Shown: positions 40,262-50,333 of the stretch, one piece after another | How the letters are laid out: each line of letters opens with the position of its first letter | Position numbering within the stretch: the first letter of the stretch is position 1 | DNA from: Candidatus Aenigmatarchaeota archaeon | GTDB lineage: Archaea > Aenigmatarchaeota > Aenigmatarchaeia > GW2011-AR5 | Length of the DNA stretch: 64,000 nt | Direction of reading: 5' to 3' | Assembly (NCBI GenBank): GCA_016198685.1 | Contig: JACQID010000006.1 | Coordinates: forward strand, 115,388-179,387 | Notes under the pieces: generated by a model | What the model was told of the DNA's origin: nothing | The model's input: only the letters and a program-made list of their open reading frames with translations | Database searches by the model: none | Made by a program: the position numbers and the translations under genes

Positions 40262-40848
40262 GATGCGCTGCACTCGTAATAGCGTGCCTTCTTGCTGCAG
40301 GATGCGTACAACCGAATTTAGAATATAATGGATACGATTTTGCAAAATATGGCCAGAACGGCATAAGTGCTACGGGAGACAAAGTCGTGTATTTTAATCC
40401 TTCTAATCTGCCTGAAAATGCTCTTCCTGCCGATTACATATTTTTCAGCTACGATGACTGCGACAAGTCCGCTGCCGAGCAATTGAAGCATAACGAGACC
40501 CGCATCATGGGACCCTTCAATTGCGTTTTGGGCATGGCAGGCGGTATTTACTCCATGGAGCCTAACGAAAGAATGACATTCGATTTTGGCGAGATGGTAA
40601 TAGAATCATCTTCTGCAATAAAGGATAACAAGCAGGGAAACGGCTATCTTGTGACGTTTGACGGAATGAGCCTTTATTATAACGACGGAGACAGGGTGAG
40701 CGCAGTAGACTCGAACGTTGATATAGCATTCCTCACTTATGGCGGCGCGGCGAATACAATACATCCAAAAATAGCAGTTCCATTAGCCAATGGCGCAGAA
40801 TTTGAGTCTGCGCTTGAAGGTACAGGCATAGAAGTACGCGCAATCTGA
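40258..40848 (+). CDS. Lipoprotein with a degenerate MBL-like fold
   Basis: LLAAGC lipobox; KVVYFNP...ADYIFFS, GYLVTFDG..LY, DIAFL, HPKIAVP, but no HxHxDH motif. Confidence 0.55.
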   Translation: MRCAALVIACLLAAGCVQPNLEYNGYDFAKYGQNGISATGDKVVYFNPSNLPENALPADYIFFSYDDCDKSAAEQLKHNETRIMGPFNCVLGMAGGIYSMEPNERMTFDFGEMVIESSSAIKDNKQGNGYLVTFDGMSLYYNDGDRVSAVDSNVDIAFLTYGGAANTIHPKIAVPLANGAEFESALEGTGIEVRAI

Positions 40849-40904
40849 TTTTCAGCCGGGAAATAATTTGCGCAAAGGGTGCTATTAATAAGTTTTTTGA
40901 CGAT

Positions 40905-41810
40905 ATGATTTTCATGTGGGACAGGAACAGTCTTGTATCTGTGACGCAACTTTCCCGTTCCGACATCGAAGAAATATTATCCGTTGCTTCTTCGTTTGTG
41001 AGGGAGCCACGGGAGTTATGCAAAGGCAAGATACTTGCTAATATATTTTTCGAGCCTTCGACAAGGACTGAGAAAAGTTTTCAGTCAGCAATGTACCGTC
41101 TGGGCGGCCAAGTGCTAACACATAAGGATGCAGGATCTTCCAGAGAAAAAGGCGAAACAAAGGAAGACACCATAAGGATACTTGCGGGTTACGCTGACAT
41201 AGCAGTCATACGCGATGATGAAGAGGGGCAAATCATGCGGTATGCCGCGCTTGCCGGCGTGCCGGCGATCAATGCCGGCGACGGCTCGAATGAGCATCCA
41301 ACGCAATCACTGCTTGATGCGTTTACAATAATGCAGGAGCATGGAAGGCTGGAAAATCTGAGAATTGCATTTCTCGGCGACCTGAAATACGGAAGGACCG
41401 TGCATTCATTGATGAAAGTTCTTTCGCTCTTTCCCGGAAATGAGATGTATTCAATAACCCCATCTTCATTGACTCTCCCTGCGGAAATGCGATTTATCGA
41501 GGCAGGTCATTATGATGTTGAAAACATGGAAAAGGCGCTGAACGAAATAAAGCCCGATGTTGTATATTGTACGCGCGTTCAGAAAGAGCGTCTTAAAGGC
41601 GAGAAAGGAAGTTATATTATGCATCGTGAAATACTTGAGGCTCTGCCGACAACCTGCCGTGTACTTCATCCATTGCCAAGGTCAAATGAAATAAACGCTG
41701 ACATGGACTCGGATCCAAGAGTAATACCTTTCAAGCAGGCTAGAAACGGAGTTCCGGTAAGAATGGCAGTGATTTCCATGATGCTAAAAGCCAAGAAGGA
41801 ACTTGAATAG
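40905..41810 (+). CDS. pyrB: Aspartate carbamoyltransferase catalytic subunit
   Basis: FFEPSTRT, KGET..DT, NAGDG..EHPTQ, GDLKYGRTVHSL, RVQKER, HPLPR. Confidence 0.96.
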   Translation: MIFMWDRNSLVSVTQLSRSDIEEILSVASSFVREPRELCKGKILANIFFEPSTRTEKSFQSAMYRLGGQVLTHKDAGSSREKGETKEDTIRILAGYADIAVIRDDEEGQIMRYAALAGVPAINAGDGSNEHPTQSLLDAFTIMQEHGRLENLRIAFLGDLKYGRTVHSLMKVLSLFPGNEMYSITPSSLTLPAEMRFIEAGHYDVENMEKALNEIKPDVVYCTRVQKERLKGEKGSYIMHREILEALPTTCRVLHPLPRSNEINADMDSDPRVIPFKQARNGVPVRMAVISMMLKAKKELE

Positions 41811-41888
41811 CAGACCAAGCAGCATCGCGCTGCCTCCGATCACCGTTATCACGCTTAATATGAGAAACGCGTTCATGTATTCGTGCAT
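41784..41888 (-). CDS. Small single-TM peptide (34 aa)
   Basis: MHEYMNAFLILSVITVIGGSAMLLGLLFKFLLGF; fills the gap between pyrB and radB. Confidence 0.35.
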   Translation of the reverse strand: MHEYMNAFLILSVITVIGGSAMLLGLLFKFLLGF

Positions 41889-41952
41889 TTTACATCAAGC
41901 AGTTCTAAGACCTTAAAAATATTTAACAGTTTGCTTATTCCTGAGTTCCTAT

Positions 41953-42648
41953 TCAAATTATCCCCAAGAGCTTGACTTCCTTCAACTTGTCTTCTTTGAT
42001 CTCGAATTCAACGCTTTTGCTTTCCGCCACCGAACGGTGTTTGCGGATGATGGCCAGCCGATGACCGGCGGCTTCGGTTTTCTTTATCTCAATGAGCGCC
42101 TTTGACCAGTACTTGCTTATTGTGCGCGATGTCATCTCAATTTTCTCCCCTTCCTTTCCGTCCCCGCGAATCCCGTAGACGTGGTTGGTGACTATGACCG
42201 GAATCTTTAGGGTCCTTGCGATGCGTGACAGCACCGAGTACTGTGTTGCAAGTTGGCGGTTTATGGCTTGGAAATTATCGTCGTCAAGTTCCAACCTATA
42301 GAGCGAAACTATAGAATCCACAACTATGAGGCCGATGCTCTTCTTCTCCATGCTTTTATCAAGGCGCAGAATCTCGGCGTGCTGCTGTTTCCACGAAGTG
42401 GGTTCTACAAAAGATACGTTTTTCAGCAGCTCTTCGGTGCCGCCAAGTTGGAAATATCTGTCAAGGGAGAACGAGCCTTCGGTGTCGATATATACGACAT
42501 GCTTGCTATCCTTCGCGGCCTGTATCGCAGCGCATATTGCAATATTCGTCTTGCCCACGCCTGCCGGGCCGTATAAGTTCGTTATGGCGTCGTCCTCTAT
42601 GCCACCGTCCAGTATCTTGTCAAGCGGCGTATTTGTGGCTATTTTCAT
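41953..42648 (-). CDS. radB: DNA repair protein RadB
   Basis: LD.ILDGG, YGPAGVGKT, YIDTEG, VVDS, VTN.V, KHRS motif; no RadA N-terminal domain. Confidence 0.92.
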   Translation of the reverse strand: MKIATNTPLDKILDGGIEDDAITNLYGPAGVGKTNIAICAAIQAAKDSKHVVYIDTEGSFSLDRYFQLGGTEELLKNVSFVEPTSWKQQHAEILRLDKSMEKKSIGLIVVDSIVSLYRLELDDDNFQAINRQLATQYSVLSRIARTLKIPVIVTNHVYGIRGDGKEGEKIEMTSRTISKYWSKALIEIKKTEAAGHRLAIIRKHRSVAESKSVEFEIKEDKLKEVKLLGII

Positions 42649-42723
42649 AGTTATTTTATCGGACGAAAGGATAAAACAGCGGCGTATAAATTAGCATTCT
42701 TCGTTATACTAATGATTTAAATA

Positions 42724-42749
42724 ATTTAGCATTACGTATAATGCTAAAT
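42724..42749. promoter_or_regulatory. Palindromic operator ATTTAGCATTA-N4-TAATGCTAAAT over the start of the cdc48 operon
   Basis: Perfect 11-bp arms directly after a TTTAAATA box; a further TTAGCATT half-site at 42691. Confidence 0.65.
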
Positions 42750-43101
42750 GGCCATACGGATAGAAATCCGGAAGAGCGGCGGCGAATGCATCATAATAAG
42801 CTTCCATACAAATCCGGAGCGCTTCTCATCGGATTACGAGAGAATAGCGTTCTTCCGCAAGCTTCACGGCTGGAAGCAGACCGTGCCGAGGAACGGGAAG
42901 AATTACGAGTACAGGCGTAACGGCCTGCTGGACAGCGTTCCGCACGAGAAGATAGCGGATTCAGTTTTCCTTGTGGCTAAGGAACACATGAGAATTATGG
43001 AGGAATTCTTCCGTGAATGGGAAGAAAAAGTTGATTATGATATTATGGATGTCGTGCTGAAGGCCAGAAGACAGGGCCATAATAAACGGTCAAATATATA
43101 A
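42748..43101 (+). CDS. Hypothetical protein upstream of cdc48 (possible Cas2/VapD-like ferredoxin fold)
   Basis: IISF...[10 protein letters not shown]...GLL......DSVFLV pattern; co-oriented with cdc48, 19-bp gap. Confidence 0.6.
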   Translation: MAIRIEIRKSGGECIIISFHTNPERFSSDYERIAFFRKLHGWKQTVPRNGKNYEYRRNGLLDSVPHEKIADSVFLVAKEHMRIMEEFFREWEEKVDYDIMDVVLKARRQGHNKRSNI

Positions 43102-43120
43102 GTTTGGGAGGGGAATAGTT

Positions 43121-45388
43121 ATGATGGAAGAAGTTATTCTTAATGTAGGCGAATTGACTGAAAGAGCAGACTTTGGCCGAGGCATCGTGAGAATTCCCTC
43201 CAAAGAGATGAAAAGGCTAGGAATAAACGAAGGAGACGTTTTAGAAATCGAGGGAAAGCGAAAAACGGGCGCTATAGCGGTTCGCGCTTATCCTGCAGAT
43301 GTAGGATTGGACATAATAAGAATGGACGGCCTTGAAAGGAGGAATTGCGCCGCAGGAATAGGGGAGTCGGTCAAAGTCAGACGCTGCGAAATCAAGGAAG
43401 CCAAGGCCGTTACGATAGCTCCGGCGAGAAAAGGAATCATAATCCATATGGGTGGCAATCTTCTCAAGCAGAATCTTCTCATGCGGCCTGTTCTTACGGG
43501 TGACATCATAATACCGAATCCTGTGGTTCAGGACAGAAGATCACAGAATTCATTGTTTGAACAATTCTTCGGCATGGATTTCGGGGATTTCATGTTCACG
43601 CCTTTCGGGGACGAAAAATTCGTTGTGGTAAGCAGCGAACCGAAAGGCATCGTAAGAATAACGCGCGCAACTGACGTGGAACTCTTGCCTCAGGCAACCG
43701 CGCCTGTCGAAGAAGGCAAGATACCAGAAGTCACATATGAGGATTTGGGCGGCCTGCACGAGGAAGTCAAGAAAGTAAGGGAAATGATAGAGCTTCCGCT
43801 AAAGCATCCTGAGCTCTTTGAGCGTCTCGGAATAGAGCCGCCAAAAGGCATACTACTGCACGGCCCGCCCGGTACAGGCAAGACGCTGCTTGCAAAAGCC
43901 GTAGCTAACGAGAGCGGTGCCAAGTTCTTTGTCATAAACGGACCTGAAGTCATGAGCAAATTCTATGGTGAATCGGAAGAGAATATACGTAAGGTCTTTG
44001 AGCAGGCTGAGAAGAATGCGCCAAGCATAATCTTTATCGATGAGATAGATGCCATAGCGCCGAAGCGCGAGGAAGTGCGCGGTGAAGTTGAGAAACGCGT
44101 AGTGTCGCAAATGCTCACGCTAATGGACGGGCTGAAATCAAGAGGCAAGATAATCGTCATAGGCGCAACAAATATACCGAATGCGCTTGATCCGGCATTA
44201 AGAAGGCCGGGCCGCTTTGATCGGGAGATAGAGATAGGCATACCCAACAAAGAAGGAAGAAGAGAGATATTGCAGATACACACAAGGGGCATGCCGCTTT
44301 CCAAAGACGTCAACGTAGAAAATATAGCGTCTATAACCCACGGTTATGTAGGCGCGGACATACAGGCGCTCTGCAAGGAAGCTGCAATGCATGCATTAAG
44401 ACGGGTGCTTCCTGATATCACATCAATAAAGGAAGATAAGCCAATAGATCCGGAGATAATAAAGAAGCTCACGGTAACGGATGAAGACTTCAATTATGCT
44501 CTTAAGATGGTGGGACCTTCGGCAATGCGCGAGGTTCTGATAGAAGCTCCGAATGTGAAATGGACCGACATAGGAGGCCTTGAGTATGTCAAGCAGTCAT
44601 TGATAGAAGCTGTTGAATGGCCCATGAAGTTCCCTGAATCATTTAAGCGCTTGGGAATACGCCCGCCGACAGGAATACTGCTTTATGGCCCGCCCGGATG
44701 CGGAAAAACGCTGCTTGCAAAGGCCGTAGCAAGCGAGAGTGGGGCCAACTTCATCTCAATAAAAGGACCGGAATTGCTTTCCATGTGGGTGGGCGAATCC
44801 GAACGGCACATACGTGATGTCTTCCGCCGTGCAAAGCAGGTATCCCCAAGCGTAATATTCTTTGATGAAATAGATGCGCTTGTGCCAAGACGCGGTTCCG
44901 CAGGAGATACGCAGGCCACGGAGCGTGTAGTATCGCAATTGCTCACGGAAATCTCCGGATTGGAAGACCTGCATGATGTAGTGGTACTGGCCGCAACCAA
45001 TAGGCCTGACATAGTGGATCCTGCCTTATTGAGACCCGGAAGATTTGACAGGCAGATACTTGTGACCACGCCCGATGAAAAGGCAAGGCTGCAGATATTG
45101 AAAGTCCATACGAAAGACATGCCGCTTACAAAGGATGTATCCCTTGAAAGGCTGGCAAAAGAGACGGAAGGATTCTCCGGCGCGGATCTTGAGGCTTACG
45201 TCAGGGAAGCTGCAATGAATGCCATGAGAAAGGACATAGATTCCAAGGAAGTCACCAGAAAAGACTTTGAATCCGTATACAAGGAAATGAAGCCTTCTGT
45301 CAGCGAAGACATGAACAAGTATTACGAGAACACGATGAAGAAAAAGAAGCAGCAGAAGATGGAAGAAGATGTCATTTACACGGGCTGA
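43121..45388 (+). CDS. cdc48: CDC48/VAT AAA+ ATPase
   Basis: N domain plus two AAA modules ([31 protein letters not shown]); C-terminal YTG. Confidence 0.97.
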   Translation: MMEEVILNVGELTERADFGRGIVRIPSKEMKRLGINEGDVLEIEGKRKTGAIAVRAYPADVGLDIIRMDGLERRNCAAGIGESVKVRRCEIKEAKAVTIAPARKGIIIHMGGNLLKQNLLMRPVLTGDIIIPNPVVQDRRSQNSLFEQFFGMDFGDFMFTPFGDEKFVVVSSEPKGIVRITRATDVELLPQATAPVEEGKIPEVTYEDLGGLHEEVKKVREMIELPLKHPELFERLGIEPPKGILLHGPPGTGKTLLAKAVANESGAKFFVINGPEVMSKFYGESEENIRKVFEQAEKNAPSIIFIDEIDAIAPKREEVRGEVEKRVVSQMLTLMDGLKSRGKIIVIGATNIPNALDPALRRPGRFDREIEIGIPNKEGRREILQIHTRGMPLSKDVNVENIASITHGYVGADIQALCKEAAMHALRRVLPDITSIKEDKPIDPEIIKKLTVTDEDFNYALKMVGPSAMREVLIEAPNVKWTDIGGLEYVKQSLIEAVEWPMKFPESFKRLGIRPPTGILLYGPPGCGKTLLAKAVASESGANFISIKGPELLSMWVGESERHIRDVFRRAKQVSPSVIFFDEIDALVPRRGSAGDTQATERVVSQLLTEISGLEDLHDVVVLAATNRPDIVDPALLRPGRFDRQILVTTPDEKARLQILKVHTKDMPLTKDVSLERLAKETEGFSGADLEAYVREAAMNAMRKDIDSKEVTRKDFESVYKEMKPSVSEDMNKYYENTMKKKKQQKMEEDVIYTG

Positions 45389-45399
45389 TTTTTTTATTT
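45389..45399 (+). terminator. Oligo-T archaeal terminator
   Basis: TTTTTTTATTT immediately after the cdc48 stop. Confidence 0.45.
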
Positions 45400-45508
45400 C
45401 AGGACTTTTTCCATTAAAATATCGCCCGTCTCTCTAAACGTGTTCTTTTTATGAAATTTTATAGCCAGGGAATTTCTGTGCGCAAGCATGTACAAATGCG
45501 TCACGCCA

Positions 45509-46198
45509 CTATTCAATTTTATCGTGTTTTTTCAAATTACATTTAGCACAAAGAATTCTAACGTTTTTTTCAGTAATACTACTTCCACCCTTAGAAAATG
45601 GCAAATCGTGATCATAATGTAAATTTTTGGTGGAATCGCAAAGAACGCATGTACCTTTGTCTCTTTTCCAAACTGCAATTTTAACACCTGTCGGTATAAG
45701 TCTATTGTGTTCCTCAACATCTTTTCCTTTAGGTATTTCAATATGCTCATCAACAGGCTCAAGTATAAATTTTATAACTTTTCTACTATTTGAAATTCTT
45801 GTTTCATAATTAATCAGGGAAAATAATCCTTTCTCCGACCAAATTCCAGAATTTAATTTTTCAAAAACAAGTATTTTTTCAGGAGAAATCAACCCTTTTT
45901 TATAATCCTCAACAGCTTTCACAAATTTGCCATTTTCTGTCAATGTTCCATTATCAGTCCATATTGGTTGATCAATTTTCTTTGGTTCAGGATTCTGTTT
46001 GGATTTTGGAACATCGTGTCCTTCATAAATTAATAAATTTTTAACCATGTCTATTTCATCATCGTAGGGAGCACCCGGTCTAACAGACATTAAAATAACA
46101 GAAATTCCTTTTTTGATATGAAAATTCATTCCTCTTTGAATAGTATTTAGATGAATCTTGTTGCACATTTCACGATAAGATAAAATTTCATCTTTCAT
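45509..46198 (-). CDS. HNH endonuclease with a putative SRA-like N-terminal domain
   Basis: C-terminal RD..C..C...LHYDH..PFSKGG....N...LC..CN; N-terminal SVIL...PYDD...LIYEG; AT-rich. Confidence 0.75.
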   Translation of the reverse strand: MKDEILSYREMCNKIHLNTIQRGMNFHIKKGISVILMSVRPGAPYDDEIDMVKNLLIYEGHDVPKSKQNPEPKKIDQPIWTDNGTLTENGKFVKAVEDYKKGLISPEKILVFEKLNSGIWSEKGLFSLINYETRISNSRKVIKFILEPVDEHIEIPKGKDVEEHNRLIPTGVKIAVWKRDKGTCVLCDSTKNLHYDHDLPFSKGGSSITEKNVRILCAKCNLKKHDKIE

Positions 46199-46237
46199 AT
46201 AATCATTAATTTATCTGAAGTTTATTAATATTTCTAA

Positions 46238-46378
46238 ATGGGCGTCCGGTTAATTATAGGCATAGATCCGTACGAATATGAATGGAAAAGAGACAACGTG
46301 AAGATGATACGTTGCGATGCAACAGATTACGATCGCGTGGCTTTACTATTATGCAGAATACATCCTCCTGATTCATAG
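46238..46378 (+). pseudogene. Short ORF resembling a methyltransferase fragment
   Basis: IIGIDP...NVKMIRCDATD resembles SAM-MTase motifs II/III; 46 aa only. Confidence 0.3.
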
Positions 46379-46393
46379 TAGCTGTAAATCGGT

Positions 46394-46927
46394 TTACTTG
46401 TGATACTCCTTCCAGACTTCAACAAACTTCTCAAAGTTTGTAAGAATCTGGCGGCCTTCCATGCCGAGTTCCGGATTGAAGCAGACCACAAAGAATGGGT
46501 TCTCGGCTTCCTGAAGGATTTCATATTCATAGGCTTTTGATGATGCTATGACGTTGAAGTTCTCAGGTACTGACGAGAATCCGAAGTTGGAAGCTTTGCC
46601 GGCTATGAAATTCTTTTTCATATCGAGCGTTAACGGGCAGGGTTTCTTTATCAAGACAGTTTCAGTCTTGCCGAATTTCATCGGGGTTACTTCGGCTTCG
46701 TAAGCCGCGCCAATGAAGAGTCCGCCTGTGCCTATTCCCAAAACAGGAACTTCGGATTTGTCGAGAATATCGAGATTGGCTTCCATGTTTTTAGGGTCGC
46801 CATCAGAGAGTATGTAGCCGCCGGCCTTGGCTTTCAGCGCCTCGGCAGGTTTCATAATGATGTTTTTCGATTTTAGAAAGCGCGAAATTTCCTGTGCGCC
46901 TGAGCCGTTGTCAACTATCACTATCAT
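46394..46927 (-). CDS. Glutamine amidotransferase class I-like protein, catalytic residues lost
   Basis: IVDNG, GYILS.G, PVLGIGTGG (no Cys), FNPE (no His), ILTNF. Confidence 0.65.
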   Translation of the reverse strand: MIVIVDNGSGAQEISRFLKSKNIIMKPAEALKAKAGGYILSDGDPKNMEANLDILDKSEVPVLGIGTGGLFIGAAYEAEVTPMKFGKTETVLIKKPCPLTLDMKKNFIAGKASNFGFSSVPENFNVIASSKAYEYEILQEAENPFFVVCFNPELGMEGRQILTNFEKFVEVWKEYHK

Positions 46928-46978
46928 ATTCCCACTGATTTTATTTCATGAACAACCTTTTTATATTAAATTTATTTC

Positions 46979-47857
46979 TCATAAAGTCGTTACCAATGGT
47001 TCAGCGCCCACAATTAGCGTGTGTTCATGCTGGCTGACCATCCCGGTTTCTCTAAGAGGCGGATACTCATATAAAATTCCTTTTTCTTTGAGCTCGCGCA
47101 GAGAGAGTCTGGTCTTGAATAATGAATCAAAAGGCAGCCATCTTTCTGCAAACGGAAGACCGCCAAACTTATCCGCAAACTCCATGGCTTTGCGTGCGTC
47201 CATGTTGCGTATGGGCTTCTTGCCGGTAAGCATGTATATGAGAACAGGCGATGATTCTTTGACGAAGCCGCGGCCGTCTGTTGCAAATGGTTCTATGGCA
47301 ATTGCCTGCCCTTCCTTGAGACTCACGTTACCTGTTACTGCTATGTTAGGTATCTGGGGTGATGCGTGCAGGAAATATCTGTCAAGGCCATGGCCGGTAA
47401 GATTTGAGACGGGCTTGTATCCGCATGATTTTATTGTCTCTTCTATCTTAGTTGATATTTCTGAGACCTTTACGCCCGGCTTCACAATTTTTATGGCTTC
47501 TTCGAGAGCAAGGCGGGATGCATCGGAAAGCTTCTGTAGCTCAGGAGAAAATGCCACGGTTTTTGCCGTATCAGCAACGTAGCCGTCTACATGAACGCCT
47601 ATATCTATCTTGAGTATAGAATTTTCAGGTATTGCGGTTGTATCGTTCTTGTATGGAGTATAATGTGCAGCTATTTCGTTTAGGGAAAGATTGGCCGGGA
47701 ATGCAGGCTCACCGCCAAGCTTTCGCGTTTCGGTTTCTATGAACTCAGCAAGGTCAAGAAGCTTCACGCCTGGTTTTGCTTTCTTTGCTGCTGCGTCTCG
47801 TACATGCGAAGCTATCTTTCCGGCTTTGATATATTTTTCCTTTACGTCAGAATCCAT
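46979..47857 (-). CDS. map: Methionine aminopeptidase type II
   Basis: AFP, AAHYTP, DIGVHVDGY.AD, NLTGH, AIEPF, QHEHT. Confidence 0.96.
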   Translation of the reverse strand: MDSDVKEKYIKAGKIASHVRDAAAKKAKPGVKLLDLAEFIETETRKLGGEPAFPANLSLNEIAAHYTPYKNDTTAIPENSILKIDIGVHVDGYVADTAKTVAFSPELQKLSDASRLALEEAIKIVKPGVKVSEISTKIEETIKSCGYKPVSNLTGHGLDRYFLHASPQIPNIAVTGNVSLKEGQAIAIEPFATDGRGFVKESSPVLIYMLTGKKPIRNMDARKAMEFADKFGGLPFAERWLPFDSLFKTRLSLRELKEKGILYEYPPLRETGMVSQHEHTLIVGAEPLVTTL

Positions 47858-47930
47858 GGAGTTAGTTGATGGGTAAAGCTTAAAAAATGCGGCTTATCAG
47901 CTTTAAAAAAATTATTTCAGATGTAAGATT

Positions 47931-48611
47931 ATGTTTGACAGGGACCATGGCATAATAATATCTTGCGACATTTCGTCAAAACAAAAACTAAAGCAGCTTG
48001 TTGCATCAACATGTTTCATAGATGGAATAGTAGGGTACAAACTTGGTTTTGTCTTGGGCCTAGAACTCGGGCTTCTCAATGCAATGGACGTCATCAGGGA
48101 TGAGTGCGAGTTGCCGGTGATATATGATCATCAGAAAGCAGCTAACGACATACCCGGCATGGGCATAAAATTCGCTGAGGTGATGAAAGCCGCACGAATG
48201 GATTCTGCCATTCTTTTCCCTTTTACAGGAATTGAAGCCGAGAAAAGTTGGATAGCCGCGCTTCAGAAAAACGGCATCATGCCCATGGTCGGCGGAGAGA
48301 TGACGCATCCGGGATTTTTCGATTATATTAAACAGGACGCTCCGGAAAAAATATATTCAGTTGCAGCATCGATGGGAGTGGGCTTTTTTGTCGTTCCGGG
48401 AACAAAACCGGAGAGAATAAAGGAAATAAGTCAAATGTTTCCAGAAAAGAAGTTCTGTTTTCCGGGCATAGGAACGCAGGGCGGGGACCTTGCGAAGGCA
48501 TTTGAAAGCGCGCCTGGGTCTTCCTATGCCATAATAGGCTCAGCAATCTACGACGCAAAGAACCCTTCAGAAAGCGCAAGGGCGTTTGCGAGCATAGCAA
48601 AGAGGTTCTGA
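47931..48611 (+). CDS. pyrF: Orotidine-5'-phosphate decarboxylase
   Basis: ISCD, GYK, YDHQKA.NDIP, MTHPG, PGIG.QGG, IIGSAIY. Confidence 0.88.
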   Translation: MFDRDHGIIISCDISSKQKLKQLVASTCFIDGIVGYKLGFVLGLELGLLNAMDVIRDECELPVIYDHQKAANDIPGMGIKFAEVMKAARMDSAILFPFTGIEAEKSWIAALQKNGIMPMVGGEMTHPGFFDYIKQDAPEKIYSVAASMGVGFFVVPGTKPERIKEISQMFPEKKFCFPGIGTQGGDLAKAFESAPGSSYAIIGSAIYDAKNPSESARAFASIAKRF

Positions 48612-48612
48612 T

Positions 48613-49320
48613 ATGGACAAAAAAGATTTCCTGCAATTGTTACTAGAAAAAGGAGCCATGCGCATGGCCCAATATGAAAAAGACTTTTTCGTATTCAAAA
48701 GCGGCAGGCGCTCGCCGAACATGATAAACCTGCGCGGAATGACAGACGGCGAATCGTTGGAGGGACTGAAGAAAGCGTATGCCGATCAAATCAAACAGCT
48801 TCTTGACGAAGGCAAGATAGAGGACTTTGATTTTATATTCGGACCTGCGTATGCTGGGATAAGCCTTGCCTGCCTTGCGTGCGAAGGGCTCTACGAGCTT
48901 CATGGCATGAACAAACGCTACCTTTACGACAGGAAAGAAAGCAAGGGATACGGCGACAAAGCAATGGATGATGCCATAGTCGGCGCGGGCCATTTCACAC
49001 CCGGCGCGAAGATATTGATGATCGATGACGTCATAACTACAGGCAGCACAAAGACAGATGCAATGAAAAAACTGGAAACGCTTGGTGAGCACAAAATTGT
49101 CGGGCTTGTTCTGGCCGTCGACAGGCAGGAGAAGCTTGGGGATGCGGAACGCGCCGAGGAAAAAAGCGCCACAGAGCGACTGGAAGACGCAGGCATCAAG
49201 GTATTTCCGATATTAACGATGAAGGATATTTTCAGCATCATAAACGAATATCTTACCCTTCAGGACAAGATAAACTGGATCGAATATTACAGGAAATACG
49301 GGGCGGTAAAGCTTGGCTGA
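48613..49320 (+). CDS. pyrE: Orotate phosphoribosyltransferase
   Basis: KSGRRSP, FGPAY.GI, DRKE.K.YG, IDDVITTG, VDRQE. Confidence 0.93.
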   Translation: MDKKDFLQLLLEKGAMRMAQYEKDFFVFKSGRRSPNMINLRGMTDGESLEGLKKAYADQIKQLLDEGKIEDFDFIFGPAYAGISLACLACEGLYELHGMNKRYLYDRKESKGYGDKAMDDAIVGAGHFTPGAKILMIDDVITTGSTKTDAMKKLETLGEHKIVGLVLAVDRQEKLGDAERAEEKSATERLEDAGIKVFPILTMKDIFSIINEYLTLQDKINWIEYYRKYGAVKLG

Positions 49321-50236
49321 TCTTTCCGTGAAAATGGCCGGCATGGATTTTCGTTCCTGTATATTCAACGCAGCAGGACCTAAAGATGTCACGCTGAAGG
49401 AACTCGAAACAATAGGCGCATCGCGTTCTGCCGCCATAACCATGAAATCGTGCACAAAGGAGCCGCGGCAAGGCAACGAGGAGCCGCGATATTACGCGCT
49501 TGACATGGGTTCTATAAATTCCATGGGATTGCCCAATCTTGGGTACAAGGAATACGTGAAGTTTCCTTCTTTGCTGAAGAGTTTTGGCAAACCTGTAATA
49601 GCAAGCGTTTCAGGACTATGCCTCGAAGATAATATACAGATATTGGAAGCATTCAATGATTCGGAAGTTTCGGCAATCGAATTGAATCTTTCATGCCCCA
49701 ACATCAAGGGAAAGCCGCAGATAGGGTATGATTTTGCCCAGATGGACGAGGTGCTTAAGGAGGCTCTGAGAATATCTAAAAAGCCCATGGGAGTGAAGCT
49801 TCCGCCATATTTCGATTTCATACATTTTGAAGAAGCTTCAGGCATACTTAAGAGACGGAAGCCTGCGTTTGTCAGTTGCATCAATTCAATAGGCAATGCG
49901 CTTGTGATAGATGCGGAGAAAGAAGCTCCTGTCATAAAGCCGAAGGGCGGATTCGGGGGATTAGGAGGCGCGTATATAAAATACACGGCTCTTGCAAATG
50001 TAAGGAAGTTTTATGAAATGATTGAGATGCCCATCATAGGAGTAGGCGGCATTTCCTCAGGGAAAGACGCATTCGAGTTCATACTGGCAGGTGCATCAGC
50101 TGTGCAAATAGGCACGGCATTCATGGAGGAAGGACCAATGATTTTTGGAAGAGTTCATGATGAATTAGCTTCGTTCATGGCAAGAAAAGGTTATACGCGC
50201 CTTGATGATTTTCGCGGCAGACTCAAGCAGGCATAA
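49313..50236 (+). CDS. pyrD: Dihydroorotate dehydrogenase, class 1A-like
   Basis: KSCT, INSMGLPN, LNLSCPN, KLPPYFD, GGLGG, GVGG; no pyrK nearby. Confidence 0.92.
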   Translation: MADLSVKMAGMDFRSCIFNAAGPKDVTLKELETIGASRSAAITMKSCTKEPRQGNEEPRYYALDMGSINSMGLPNLGYKEYVKFPSLLKSFGKPVIASVSGLCLEDNIQILEAFNDSEVSAIELNLSCPNIKGKPQIGYDFAQMDEVLKEALRISKKPMGVKLPPYFDFIHFEEASGILKRRKPAFVSCINSIGNALVIDAEKEAPVIKPKGGFGGLGGAYIKYTALANVRKFYEMIEMPIIGVGGISSGKDAFEFILAGASAVQIGTAFMEEGPMIFGRVHDELASFMARKGYTRLDDFRGRLKQA

Positions 50237-50333
50237 TATGGAATATGATAGGGTCATACTTTGACTATGCAATCGCAAGAAACTATTAGCATAGGGCAAG
50301 CAGGCATGAATATGGAATATGATAGGGTCATAC
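50224..50333 (+). repeat. 36/37-bp direct duplication of the pyrD-stop/pyrC-start junction flanking a 37-bp insert
   Basis: CAAGCAGGCAT(-/G)AATATGGAATATGATAGGGTCATAC at 50224-50259 and 50297-50333. Confidence 0.9.

Noticed and set aside
46827-47582. 251-aa plus-strand ORF
   Set aside because: Antisense to map; composition not protein-like
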